From assembly GCA_051715345.1 (NCBI GenBank), contig JBPXJQ010000029.1, positions 37,240 to 101,239 of the forward strand: DNA of 64,000 nt, given 5' to 3'. The notes under the pieces are model-generated. The model was not told the DNA's origin. It worked only from the letters and a program-made list of their open reading frames with translations, and ran no database searches. This document shows, one piece after another, positions 9,135 through 17,944 of this stretch (positions are counted from its first letter, which is position 1; each line of letters opens with the position of its first letter). The stretch comes from Candidatus Blackallbacteria bacterium (GTDB lineage Bacteria; Cyanobacteriota; Sericytochromatia; UBA7694). A program made the position numbers and the translations under genes.

Positions 9135-11105
9135 TTAAAGGCCTTTCAGGTTTCGGCCTTCACTGGCAGCGACAATTTCTTTCAGCGATCGGGCGCCCAG
9201 GGTATCCCCTTCATGGGGGACGGTCACACGCATGACTTCGTCAAGGCTGGTAATCCCTTGAATCACCTTGTAGACGCCATCTTCGGCCAAACTTATCATC
9301 CGTTGACCACTGCGCGCCAGCTCGCGCAACCCAGAGGCTGTCATACCCCTTCTCAGAGCTTGACGCAGGCTTTCGTTGAACTCCAACACCTCATGTAAAG
9401 CGCTAAGACCTTTATAGCCTTCATTCCCACAATCATCGCAGCCATTTGCCTGCCAAAAGAGGTAGTTGTTCCGGTCATTGGCTGAGATAAATAGGTTTTT
9501 AAGCTCATCTGGGCTGGGGGCATAGCTGCTTTTGCATTGCTCACAGAGTTTACGTACAAGCCGTTGGGACACCAACAACAATGGCACGGGTGTGGTGAGA
9601 AAGTGCTGAGCCTGTATATGCTGTAAGTGGTGTAAGGCAGCCGTTGTATCACAGGCATTGAGAGCCGCCAAAACCTTTTTTCCGTTTAAAGCTGCTTGAT
9701 CAATTCTTTCGCTGACACGTTGGTCCTTGACTTCGCCCACGACCACCACATCTGAGTCGTAATCTATCATGGCCTCAATCAGATCGCTGTAGCTGTCTTT
9801 GCCCCCAGCACCATAATAGTTTTGGATGACCCCAGTAATGCTGTAATCAACCGCGTCTTCAAGGGTTAAAATCGCATTATTTGGATGATTCAGGTGCGAT
9901 ATGGCAGCATAAAGTAAGGTGGATTTGCCCGATCGCTGGGGGGAGACCGCCAATAAAACACCCCCCGCACGGTTGAGCAGGGTTTCAATTTTTTTCTGGT
10001 TTTGGGGCGAAAAGTCCATGTCTTCAATACTTAACACCCTGTGGGGAATATAAGCGATATGTAATACCAAATTTTCGCCCCACACACCGCTAAAATATGA
10101 AATTTTTAACTCCACCTGTTGGCGGCCAATCGTGGTGATCAGCCGTTCTTGCCAATAGTCTTCCCGTTTGATTCGAAAAGGGGTTTTGATATAGTCAATT
10201 AAGGGTGGACCCAGGCGCAAAGGCAAGTCGGTCCGGTGTTTTAAAACGCCATTGACGCGGTAGCGCAAACGAATGAATTTTTCTTGACTCTCTAAATGAA
10301 GGGCCGTGGCCCCCGCTTCCACTGCGCTGCGGATCAAAAAACTGGCAATCGGTGCGGCCTGTTCTTTGGTGGGTTTGGCGTTATTGCTCAAATTAAGCAA
10401 CTTTTCGTCTAGTTCTTGGGTGCTGTCTGGGTTGTTTTTGGCTTTGCGCCGCGGCTTAAATAAATAGGTTATCGTGTTGATAATTTCGCTTGCCGGCGCA
10501 ATGGCCGGCGTAATTTTACATTTAAAGCGATCCAGTAATGCTTGCAATAACTCGCTATTCAGGGGGTCCGACATCACCACCACCATTTGGTTGCCGTAGC
10601 GGTGCACAGGCAGACATTCATGCTGCCTTAAAAATTGTTCATCCATTCCTTTGAGCAATTCGGGGTCGATCAACTCGGGTGAAGGCAAAATTCGGGGTAT
10701 ATCCAATTGCATGCTCAAAGCATGGGTCAATTGTTGTTCCGAGATAATGCCCGATTGGACCAAAAGGGTGCCAAAACGATTGCTGGAAAAACGCTGCTGT
10801 TCTAAAACATGGTTGAGTTGTTCCTGGTTGATCAAGCCCATATTGATCATCAATTCGCCGATTTGAATGCGTTTGTGGTGACGGCTGAGAAAGCGCTGTA
10901 AATCCTGTTTGGTAATTAACTTCATTTCCACGCAGATCAGCCCCAGTGGTTTGTAATGACCAGGTTGGCCCAAATCACTGATCATGCCTGACTGTTTTTG
11001 CATGGCCAGCGCTTTTTGCAGTCCGTCTACGGTTAATAGCCCTTCGCGAACCATCAGATCACCGAGTTTCATGGGTTTGTTTTTGGGCGAGGGGGTGCGT
11101 TGCAT
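9135..11105 (-). CDS. GspE/PilB-family secretion ATPase with three N-terminal MshEN-type (T2SSE_N) c-di-GMP-binding motifs
   Basis: Three tandem [RK]LGxxLxxxGxxxxxxLxxALxxQ motifs (KLGDLMVREGLLTVDGLQKALAMQ, IGELMINMGLINQEQLNHVLEQQ, RFGTLLVQSGIISEQQLTHALSMQ). Walker A reads SPQRSGKST, which deviates from the GPTGSGKST consensus. Asp box EDAVDY, Walker B VVVVGEVKD and a C-terminal tetra-Cys CEQC...CDDC are present. Confidence 0.7.
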   Translation of the reverse strand: MQRTPSPKNKPMKLGDLMVREGLLTVDGLQKALAMQKQSGMISDLGQPGHYKPLGLICVEMKLITKQDLQRFLSRHHKRIQIGELMINMGLINQEQLNHVLEQQRFSSNRFGTLLVQSGIISEQQLTHALSMQLDIPRILPSPELIDPELLKGMDEQFLRQHECLPVHRYGNQMVVVMSDPLNSELLQALLDRFKCKITPAIAPASEIINTITYLFKPRRKAKNNPDSTQELDEKLLNLSNNAKPTKEQAAPIASFLIRSAVEAGATALHLESQEKFIRLRYRVNGVLKHRTDLPLRLGPPLIDYIKTPFRIKREDYWQERLITTIGRQQVELKISYFSGVWGENLVLHIAYIPHRVLSIEDMDFSPQNQKKIETLLNRAGGVLLAVSPQRSGKSTLLYAAISHLNHPNNAILTLEDAVDYSITGVIQNYYGAGGKDSYSDLIEAMIDYDSDVVVVGEVKDQRVSERIDQAALNGKKVLAALNACDTTAALHHLQHIQAQHFLTTPVPLLLVSQRLVRKLCEQCKSSYAPSPDELKNLFISANDRNNYLFWQANGCDDCGNEGYKGLSALHEVLEFNESLRQALRRGMTASGLRELARSGQRMISLAEDGVYKVIQGITSLDEVMRVTVPHEGDTLGARSLKEIVAASEGRNLKGL

Positions 11106-11181
11106 CGCTGGATTTCCTTGAAAGAGAGATTACACATGGGTTGGTCTCCAGTGTACACAATCGCTTTCGCGCTTGGAAGGT

Positions 11182-12915
11182 TCAGATTTGGTAATTGAGA
11201 AAGAGACTGGCGACAGGTCCATTGCTTTCGAGGCCGTAGCTCAGATTGATGTTTTTGTCCCCTTCTTTCCAGGCCTTCGAAGTACTGGGATAATACCGCC
11301 AACCCGCATTGAGGCCCAAGATAAAATCCGGATTCACCTGGTAGGCCAACCCCAAAAAGGCGGTGCCGCCAATATTGCTCTGACTTAAATCCCTGACCCC
11401 TTGGCTCAATTGGCCATTGATTTGTCCCATTCTGAAACCCAGATCGAATACCCATTGGCGGAAGTGAAAACGCTTGCTCAAACCACCTTCGAGGGTCATC
11501 GCCACCAAAGAGTTTGAATTATTGCCTTGGCCCTGTGAGAGCATGCCCACGCTACCATTGAGATTGAGGTAGGTTTCCGACCAATTTAAAAAAGGGGCAA
11601 GACTGTAGAGGATTTCGACCGAACCTTCGGGTTGGAAATCTTGAGGCCCCAAACGCGGATCGAGGGTAAGAGAGCCAATGCCCCCTCTAAAGTTGACCTG
11701 AAAATCTGTCTTGGCATATTCCAAATACTGATCTCCCAGTTCAAAATTGCGCTGGGCAATGATCGGCTCTGCCAAGAGATCTTTTTCATTCAATTGGCGC
11801 AATTTGAGAAAACCAATTTCGCTGGCTTTTTTATCTGGTCCGAGGTATTCCACAATTTTATAGCCATGATCCATTTTTAGACCCAGGCTCTGGGGTGTTT
11901 CTCCGCCTGGCAGTGAAAGAGTGACCCGATCCTCTTTGAGATCGTGGGCCATGACCTGGCCTTTGACGGAAAATTCGGGGTTGTTGCGCAATTTTGCGAC
12001 CAACTCCTGCATTTTGTAGAGGGTGGTGACCCCCTCTAAAAGTTGATTCACTTTATTGCCCGAATCTGAGCCAAAGAGGGATATTTGGCCGAGGGCCAGT
12101 TCCAAGACCTGGTTGGTTAATTTTCCAACTTGGGCACCGGGTTGCAATTCCGCTTCGAGTGCTTTGGCTGCAACGCCCATCATCGCAGGGGCAGGGTCTT
12201 CTTGTTCGAGCCGGGCAAAGACCTGATCAAAAGGCGATAATTTGCGCAATTCTTCCAGAAAAACTTTGCCATCACTGGGATTTGGGGCCGATCCCAACTC
12301 GAATAACATGCGCTCGCGCAGACCCTCGAGATTGTCGATGGGCAGTAGTTTCACAATTTCCCAGCTCTGGCTGTATTGTTCTAAGACCTTGGGGCCTTCT
12401 TGTTTGAGGCTGTAGATCGGCAATTGCAATGTCATCTGCGAGCGAAAGCTGAGGTACCATTTCTCCCCTTCTTTGCTTTTCTCAGGCCCGCCGATTTGGA
12501 TCGGGCTGAATTGCCATTGGGGAGCCATTACATAAGCCGCATTGAGCAGTTTTTGGGTTTCACTCCAGGTCACCACTTTTTCGCCCAATTTGAGATCGGG
12601 GGTTTCTTGGCCCGCAGCAAGTTCTCCAGCGTGTTCTTGTTGGTAAATTCTGGCAGTGTTTAAAAAGTCTGGCAAACTCACCTCTGTGTCGAGGCCCTGC
12701 AGGACATAGTCAAAGCGAGGCAATTCGCGTTGAAAATAGCGGCTTAAAAATTCATCCAAGGGGTTTTGGGCCTGTTGGTAAAGCGAGATATATTTGCGCT
12801 GGAATTCGCTCAGGGGAGCGGATTCTGCAGGCTGGGCTTGAACAGGCAAAGTCCCCATTTGTAAGTGCACAAGGCTGATAAAAAGGATTGAGAGCGTAAA
12901 AATTGGGTTCAACAT
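11182..12915 (-). CDS. Secreted protein, possibly an outer-membrane beta-barrel, immediately upstream of the GspE-like gene
   Basis: Signal peptide MLNPIFTLSILFISLVHLQMGTLPVQAQ. The C-terminal region has alternating hydrophobic residues and ends ...ASLFLNYQI. Same strand and 76 nt upstream of the ATPase gene. Confidence 0.45.
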   Translation of the reverse strand: MLNPIFTLSILFISLVHLQMGTLPVQAQPAESAPLSEFQRKYISLYQQAQNPLDEFLSRYFQRELPRFDYVLQGLDTEVSLPDFLNTARIYQQEHAGELAAGQETPDLKLGEKVVTWSETQKLLNAAYVMAPQWQFSPIQIGGPEKSKEGEKWYLSFRSQMTLQLPIYSLKQEGPKVLEQYSQSWEIVKLLPIDNLEGLRERMLFELGSAPNPSDGKVFLEELRKLSPFDQVFARLEQEDPAPAMMGVAAKALEAELQPGAQVGKLTNQVLELALGQISLFGSDSGNKVNQLLEGVTTLYKMQELVAKLRNNPEFSVKGQVMAHDLKEDRVTLSLPGGETPQSLGLKMDHGYKIVEYLGPDKKASEIGFLKLRQLNEKDLLAEPIIAQRNFELGDQYLEYAKTDFQVNFRGGIGSLTLDPRLGPQDFQPEGSVEILYSLAPFLNWSETYLNLNGSVGMLSQGQGNNSNSLVAMTLEGGLSKRFHFRQWVFDLGFRMGQINGQLSQGVRDLSQSNIGGTAFLGLAYQVNPDFILGLNAGWRYYPSTSKAWKEGDKNINLSYGLESNGPVASLFLNYQI

Positions 12916-12954
12916 AATTTTAATTTTAGCGTTTTGTCACATGGACTTGCCCAT

Positions 12955-12983
12955 TTGGCCTGCATCACTGCGTCTGTTATACT
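12955..12983 (+). promoter_or_regulatory. Putative sigma70-type promoter for gene 13027: -35 TTGGCC, 17-nt spacer, -10 TATACT
   Basis: Hexamers read directly from the sequence in the divergent intergenic region 12916-13026. Confidence 0.4.
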
Positions 12984-13026
12984 GTCAGGGCAGATTTCGC
13001 AGAGACAGTGGATAGATTAAACAGCC

Positions 13027-15747
13027 ATGAAAACCCCCTATCATCATCTTCCCGTCATCAGGCATGCAGGTCTGTTGGAAGAGCTAAACGGGATCCCCGC
13101 TTATCTCAATCCAGCAGGATATCAGGCTTATGGGACGTCTTTTAGTTGGCCGTTTTACAGCGGCGGCATATCCGGTAATATCGACGTAGTCGAGAGTCTC
13201 AGTGCCTCCGTGGTCGAAGACCTCCCGCAGGGTTGGTATATGCTGCGCACCTATTATTTTGGCCAATTATTGGAGCGCAAAGCACTGCTCAAAGCCAATG
13301 GCAACCTTGAAGTCAGTTCTCCCGGTCCGATCGCAGCCTCCCAGACAGTCATTTTGGCTGAGCTTGAACATGAAGATCTGCGTTATACCGTGATGCTGCG
13401 CGAGACCAGTCAAGGTTGGGTCAACAAAGACGGCAGTGGCCAACAGGTATTTTTGCTCTACCGCAGCATGACCCGCAAACTCGAAAGGGTGATTCGCGAA
13501 AAGATGCCTGAAGAGGGCTTTGCCAAATTGCGGGTCTCTTTGGGTGAGCAGCCCACACTTTTTCCGATGCAACTCTCACCCAGTGTTTTGGATGTCACTG
13601 GTCGCCGTGTCCCCCTGTTTTACAGCGATGCGATTGAACGCTTGGCCGATTTGCTTTTATCTCACCGCCCGCCTTATGGCCGCACTTTGGTCTATGCAGG
13701 GGGCGATCTTGACTATTTTGATCAATTTGCACTGCACGAAGTCTTTCGTCTTTTGGGCGCTCGCAATCTCAGTGGCAGCAGTGAGTTTGGTCTGCGGGCC
13801 GCCGCCAGAACGCTGGAACTCCAGGCCGGTGAAGAATCGCCGATTTTAACTTTGGAACAGGCCCTCGAAGGCCCCAATAGATTGTTCTTGATGTCGGGCT
13901 GGAATGGCTTTGTCTCTCATTTGCCCGTCTTTAACCAATTGGTTTTGCGTGAAGATCTCGACGCCTGGTTGGTCGATGTCTGTGTGACTGAAAGTGCCAA
14001 AATTTTGGCTGCGCGACTGGCGCCTGAACGGGTTTTATTGGTCCGTACGGGTGGCGATGCCCATTTTGCATTGGCTGTGGCCCATGAAATTGTTCACAAT
14101 TATCCCGGTGCTTTGGATCAGGCGTTTATTTCACAGTACTGTGATCGTGAAAGTCTGGAACAATACTTAACCCTGGCCCGCTCGGAATTCTTCCAAATTG
14201 AACGCACTGCAGAAACCATTTCTCCCGATCCGGCTTATACTGATCGGCTGGTGGCGGGGATTCGCGCCATCGCCGCTCGTTTGGTTGAAAGTGAAAGTGT
14301 TCCCGTGCATTTGGCGGGCTCGGGTCTCTCCCAGACGTCCGGGGTCGTCGGCCACGGACTTTGGAACAATCTCCTGGCCATGTTGGGTAAATTTGGTCTG
14401 TCCTCAGAGGGCACTCCCCGTGGAGGTTCTTTGCGCCTGCCTTACCAGCACAACGAGGAGACCCAAGTACAGGGTTTGGCCCAGGATCGTTTCTTTGGCA
14501 ATCTTCCCTTTAACGAAGTGGGGGCAAGAGAGTCCGCCCTGCGTATGGGCCTGCCTGAAAATGCCTATCACCGTCTGCTCAAAGAGCCCATGCGGCCTGT
14601 CTTGGAGTATACGACGCCTACCCAAGCCGGTCAGCGCGAGCTGATTATTTGTATCGGCCAGGGCCTTGAAGGCCAAATGGTTGACAGGGGCCGTTGGAAA
14701 GACAAACTGAGTGCCCCCGAAACCACTTTGGTGGTGATCGATCCCATGCCCGGCCCTTTCTTTTTGCGCCATGCCGCCCTGTGTTTGCCCACTGCCCCCG
14801 AGGTGGCTTCGGCACGGCTGTACCAAAATGGCGAATGGCGCTTGACTCTTGCCTTTCCCCGCCGCACGGCCCCACCCGAGACACGCACGGCTACGACTTT
14901 GCTTTACGACACCATGGCTGAAGTTTCCAGGTCTTTGCGTGAAGAAGAAGATTTTCGCGAGGGCCATCCCGATTTGGCCAGCTATTCAGCCCAGGGCTAT
15001 TTACAATCGCGTTTTGAACCGCCCGAATGGAATTGGGGCGGGGGGCTTGAGCGCATCGATGGCGAAGTCAGCCGCTTTCAACTCTGGGACCGAATCCAGT
15101 CTTATCTCACTGGCACTGAAGAGACCCGGGGCCCACTCTATTGCCGTCCCGAACACAGCGATGGCATGCCGTTAAACTGGGACGAAGTTCTCTCAGCCGG
15201 AAGTTTGATTTATGGCGGGGTCGGCAAAAACCGCCACCGCCAGGGTGGGTGTGAACGCGCACCATTTCAAGACATTTACCGCGAACCCGTGTCCTTTCGC
15301 TTCTTTGTGCCCAAAGAAGGTGATTTGCGCATCCCCAATGGAATTGTACTCAATACGGGCTGTTCAACACTCAGTGACAATGTGGCCTGGATTCGTTTTG
15401 CGATTTCCTCGTTTCATTCCAGCAAGGTGCTTGATTCGCTTGATATGCCCAAACACAAGCCGTTGTTTATCTCACAAACCCTGGCCGATGAAATGGGCTT
15501 TAAAAAAGACCAAAAAGTCAAAGTCAGCAATGTTGAAACGGGCCGCTCTTTGATTCTCAAAGTTGAGCCCACATCACGGCTCAAAGGCCACATGGCCTAT
15601 TTGAGTTATCACCATTCCCATGCCGAAATTCAACAGGATTCTTATATCAATATCCTTTCCTACCGCAGTGTTCGCTGTGCCTATTCGGGACTGCCTTATC
15701 TCAAGTCCACTCTGATTACTCTCGAAGCTTTGCAAGAAGGAGACTGA
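13027..15747 (+). CDS. Molybdopterin (Mo-bisPGD) oxidoreductase-fold protein that lacks the N-terminal Fe-S cysteine motif
   Basis: Central LFLMSGWNGFVSHLP resembles the xWGSNPxxxxP motif. The C-terminal segment PLFISQTLADEMGFKKDQKVKVSNVETGRSLILKVEPTSRLKGHMAYLSYHH follows the Molydop_binding domain pattern (xISPxDAxxLGIxDGDxVxVxSxRGxxxLxAxVT...). The first ~200 aa contain no cysteines and there is no TAT signal. Confidence 0.45.
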   Translation: MKTPYHHLPVIRHAGLLEELNGIPAYLNPAGYQAYGTSFSWPFYSGGISGNIDVVESLSASVVEDLPQGWYMLRTYYFGQLLERKALLKANGNLEVSSPGPIAASQTVILAELEHEDLRYTVMLRETSQGWVNKDGSGQQVFLLYRSMTRKLERVIREKMPEEGFAKLRVSLGEQPTLFPMQLSPSVLDVTGRRVPLFYSDAIERLADLLLSHRPPYGRTLVYAGGDLDYFDQFALHEVFRLLGARNLSGSSEFGLRAAARTLELQAGEESPILTLEQALEGPNRLFLMSGWNGFVSHLPVFNQLVLREDLDAWLVDVCVTESAKILAARLAPERVLLVRTGGDAHFALAVAHEIVHNYPGALDQAFISQYCDRESLEQYLTLARSEFFQIERTAETISPDPAYTDRLVAGIRAIAARLVESESVPVHLAGSGLSQTSGVVGHGLWNNLLAMLGKFGLSSEGTPRGGSLRLPYQHNEETQVQGLAQDRFFGNLPFNEVGARESALRMGLPENAYHRLLKEPMRPVLEYTTPTQAGQRELIICIGQGLEGQMVDRGRWKDKLSAPETTLVVIDPMPGPFFLRHAALCLPTAPEVASARLYQNGEWRLTLAFPRRTAPPETRTATTLLYDTMAEVSRSLREEEDFREGHPDLASYSAQGYLQSRFEPPEWNWGGGLERIDGEVSRFQLWDRIQSYLTGTEETRGPLYCRPEHSDGMPLNWDEVLSAGSLIYGGVGKNRHRQGGCERAPFQDIYREPVSFRFFVPKEGDLRIPNGIVLNTGCSTLSDNVAWIRFAISSFHSSKVLDSLDMPKHKPLFISQTLADEMGFKKDQKVKVSNVETGRSLILKVEPTSRLKGHMAYLSYHHSHAEIQQDSYINILSYRSVRCAYSGLPYLKSTLITLEALQEGD

Positions 15748-15749
15748 TA

Positions 15750-16982
15750 GTGTCGATCTCAGAAGTTCTCAAAAGCGTCCCCTTTTTTGATCATTTTACC
15801 GATACCCAAATTGATGACCTGGTGCATATGGGGCGTCCGCTCCAGACCGAAGCCGATCAAGTGCTCTTTCAGATGGGTGATCTGGCCGACAGCCTCTACG
15901 TCATTCTCAACGGCTCTGTGCGGGTCTATGGCAAAGATCCTGAGGGCAAGCCGGTTGAACTCTCCACCCTGCGCAAGGGGCAGTTTTTTGGGGAGTTGGC
16001 CCTGGTGGATGGTGGCACCCGTTCCGCCACCGTGCGCACAGGCGAACCCTGTGAATTTTTTGTGATTGAGCGCTCCAATTTTATGCGCTTGCTCTCCACC
16101 TCCCCCGAATTGCTCTCGGACGTCTTGGCGGGCATTACCAGCAAAATCAAAAGTTCAAATGAAAAAATCTTTCTCGAAATGTTGGAAAAACAGCGCTTGC
16201 AGTCGCAGATGGAAATTGATCGCCACCGCTCACTCTCTGAGATGGTGGCTGGGGTGGCCCATGAGATCAATACCCCGCTGGGCATTGTCAATGTTACAGC
16301 CAGCATGATCACGGAGAACCTGACCCCCGATCTCTTGGCCCGTGCCACCGATCCCGAACTCAAATATGTGCTCGAAGACATTCAAGAAGCAGCTCAATTA
16401 ATGCTGAGCAACATTGCCCGTGCCAATAAATTGATCCAGAGCTTCAAAAGTGTTTCAGTCAATCAGATTATGGATACCTTGGAAACGGGCCTGTTTGTGC
16501 AATTGGTTCAAGAGGTGATAGACCTGTTTAAAATCAAGGCCCGTCAGGCACACTTGAGCCTGGAAACTGAGTTTGAACCTGGCGTTGAGCATTTGGAATG
16601 GACGGGTTATCCGGGGTATCTGTCTCAAATTCTGATGAATTTTTTCAGCAATATCGAAAGATATGCCTATCCCGCTGGGGTCGGTGGCCGGATTTTGGTC
16701 AAACTCAGCAGTTTTGAACGCGACAATAAGCCTTTTTTCAGGCTTGTGGTGCAAGACTTTGGCAAAGGGATTCCCAAAGAAGATGTTTCCCGTGTCTTTG
16801 ACGTCTTTTTTACCACGGGGCGCGGTCAAGGGGGGACAGGCTTGGGTATGTCGATTGTGCACAATTTGGTTACGTCTGCCCTGCACGGCAGTATTACCCT
16901 CGATTCTGAATTGGGCCAAGGCACCACTGTGACGGTTGAATTTCCCCATCAAATTACCCCGCAGGAACATTTGGCCGGATAA
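15750..16982 (+). CDS. Cyclic-nucleotide-binding sensor histidine kinase (cNMP domain, HisKA, HATPase_c)
   Basis: N-terminal CAP-type cNMP domain (FFGELALVDGGTRSATVRT), H-box VAHEINTPLG and G-box GTGLGMSIV. The GTG start sits directly after the upstream stop (TGATAGTG). Confidence 0.7.
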   Translation: MSISEVLKSVPFFDHFTDTQIDDLVHMGRPLQTEADQVLFQMGDLADSLYVILNGSVRVYGKDPEGKPVELSTLRKGQFFGELALVDGGTRSATVRTGEPCEFFVIERSNFMRLLSTSPELLSDVLAGITSKIKSSNEKIFLEMLEKQRLQSQMEIDRHRSLSEMVAGVAHEINTPLGIVNVTASMITENLTPDLLARATDPELKYVLEDIQEAAQLMLSNIARANKLIQSFKSVSVNQIMDTLETGLFVQLVQEVIDLFKIKARQAHLSLETEFEPGVEHLEWTGYPGYLSQILMNFFSNIERYAYPAGVGGRILVKLSSFERDNKPFFRLVVQDFGKGIPKEDVSRVFDVFFTTGRGQGGTGLGMSIVHNLVTSALHGSITLDSELGQGTTVTVEFPHQITPQEHLAG

Positions 16983-17017
16983 GCGCCATTTGAATCCATA
17001 AGAGCAAGGAGCATCCC

Positions 17018-17944
17018 ATGATTTCATTACCTGAAAATTATTTGATTCTGGTGGTTGACGACGAGCCGGATATGCACTCGCTCAGCCGCCTGAGCTTACG
17101 CAGTTTAAAATACCGCGATCGGGGGGTGGAATTGGCCTTTGCCTCAACAGGTCAGGAAGCGGTTGAATTTATGCGCAGCCGCCCCGATACCGCCGTGATT
17201 CTGCTCGATGTGGTGATGGAAACCCCGACTGCTGGCCTTGATGCCTGTCAGTCGATTCGCCAAGAACTCGGCAACGAATTTGTGCGGATTATTCTGCGCA
17301 CGGGCCAACCAGGGGCCGCCCCCGAAAAGAAAGTGATCGAAGAATATGATATCGACGGCTATTTGGCCAAAGCCGAATTGACAACCAACCGGCTCTATAC
17401 CGCTGTGCGCACGGCCCTGAAAGCCTATGATGAATTGGTTGAATTGCAGCGCCACCGCGAGGTCTTGACCTTTTTGCATGAATCGGTCACCTCTTTGCAT
17501 ACCCTCGAAGCGTTGGAAGAGAGCCTGCAGCGCATTCTCGAAACGGCGGTGATGATTGCCCCCTGTGACTTGGCTGTCTTGAATCTCGAAACTTTTCAAG
17601 AATCTGGAGACTCACGGCGCTATGTCTTGTTTACAGGCACCAATCCCAATTCAGACGAAACCGAAGCTGCCGCCACGGCGATAGTCTCTCAGATTGCCGA
17701 AGACCCCAGCGCGCTGGCGCTCAAAGATGCGGGAATTTTTGGCAATGGTTTCCTCGTGCCTTTGGTCCTGCACAGGGATTTGGGCTATGGCTGGCTCTAT
17801 GTCGAAAACAGCCTCGAAGATCCGCTGATGTACCAAACCCTGCCCATGTTGGCGGCCCATGCTGCCAACGCCCTCTATTCCACGATTGCCCGCGAATTGT
17901 TTTTGGCCCGCAGCGGCACCTTCTTTGCTGAGATCAACGTCTAG
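17018..17944 (+). CDS. Response regulator: receiver domain plus a ~180-aa C-terminal domain of unknown function, GAF-like
   Basis: Receiver signature LVVDDEPDMH...ILLDVVM. RBS AAGGAG at 17004-17009 before ATG 17018. Confidence 0.65.
   Translation: MISLPENYLILVVDDEPDMHSLSRLSLRSLKYRDRGVELAFASTGQEAVEFMRSRPDTAVILLDVVMETPTAGLDACQSIRQELGNEFVRIILRTGQPGAAPEKKVIEEYDIDGYLAKAELTTNRLYTAVRTALKAYDELVELQRHREVLTFLHESVTSLHTLEALEESLQRILETAVMIAPCDLAVLNLETFQESGDSRRYVLFTGTNPNSDETEAAATAIVSQIAEDPSALALKDAGIFGNGFLVPLVLHRDLGYGWLYVENSLEDPLMYQTLPMLAAHAANALYSTIARELFLARSGTFFAEINV

Noticed and set aside
14404-14967. Several minus-strand ORFs (187, 85, 79 aa) inside the 906-aa Mo-fold gene
   Set aside because: Arg/Gly-rich antisense translations, fully embedded in a gene with recognisable domain signatures.
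13027-15747. Specific assignment as formate dehydrogenase / YdeP or as BisC/TorA-type reductase
   Set aside because: There is no N-terminal CxxCxxxC...C cluster, which FdhF/YdeP would have, and no resemblance to TorA/BisC landmark segments. Only the generic Mo-bisPGD-fold call is kept.
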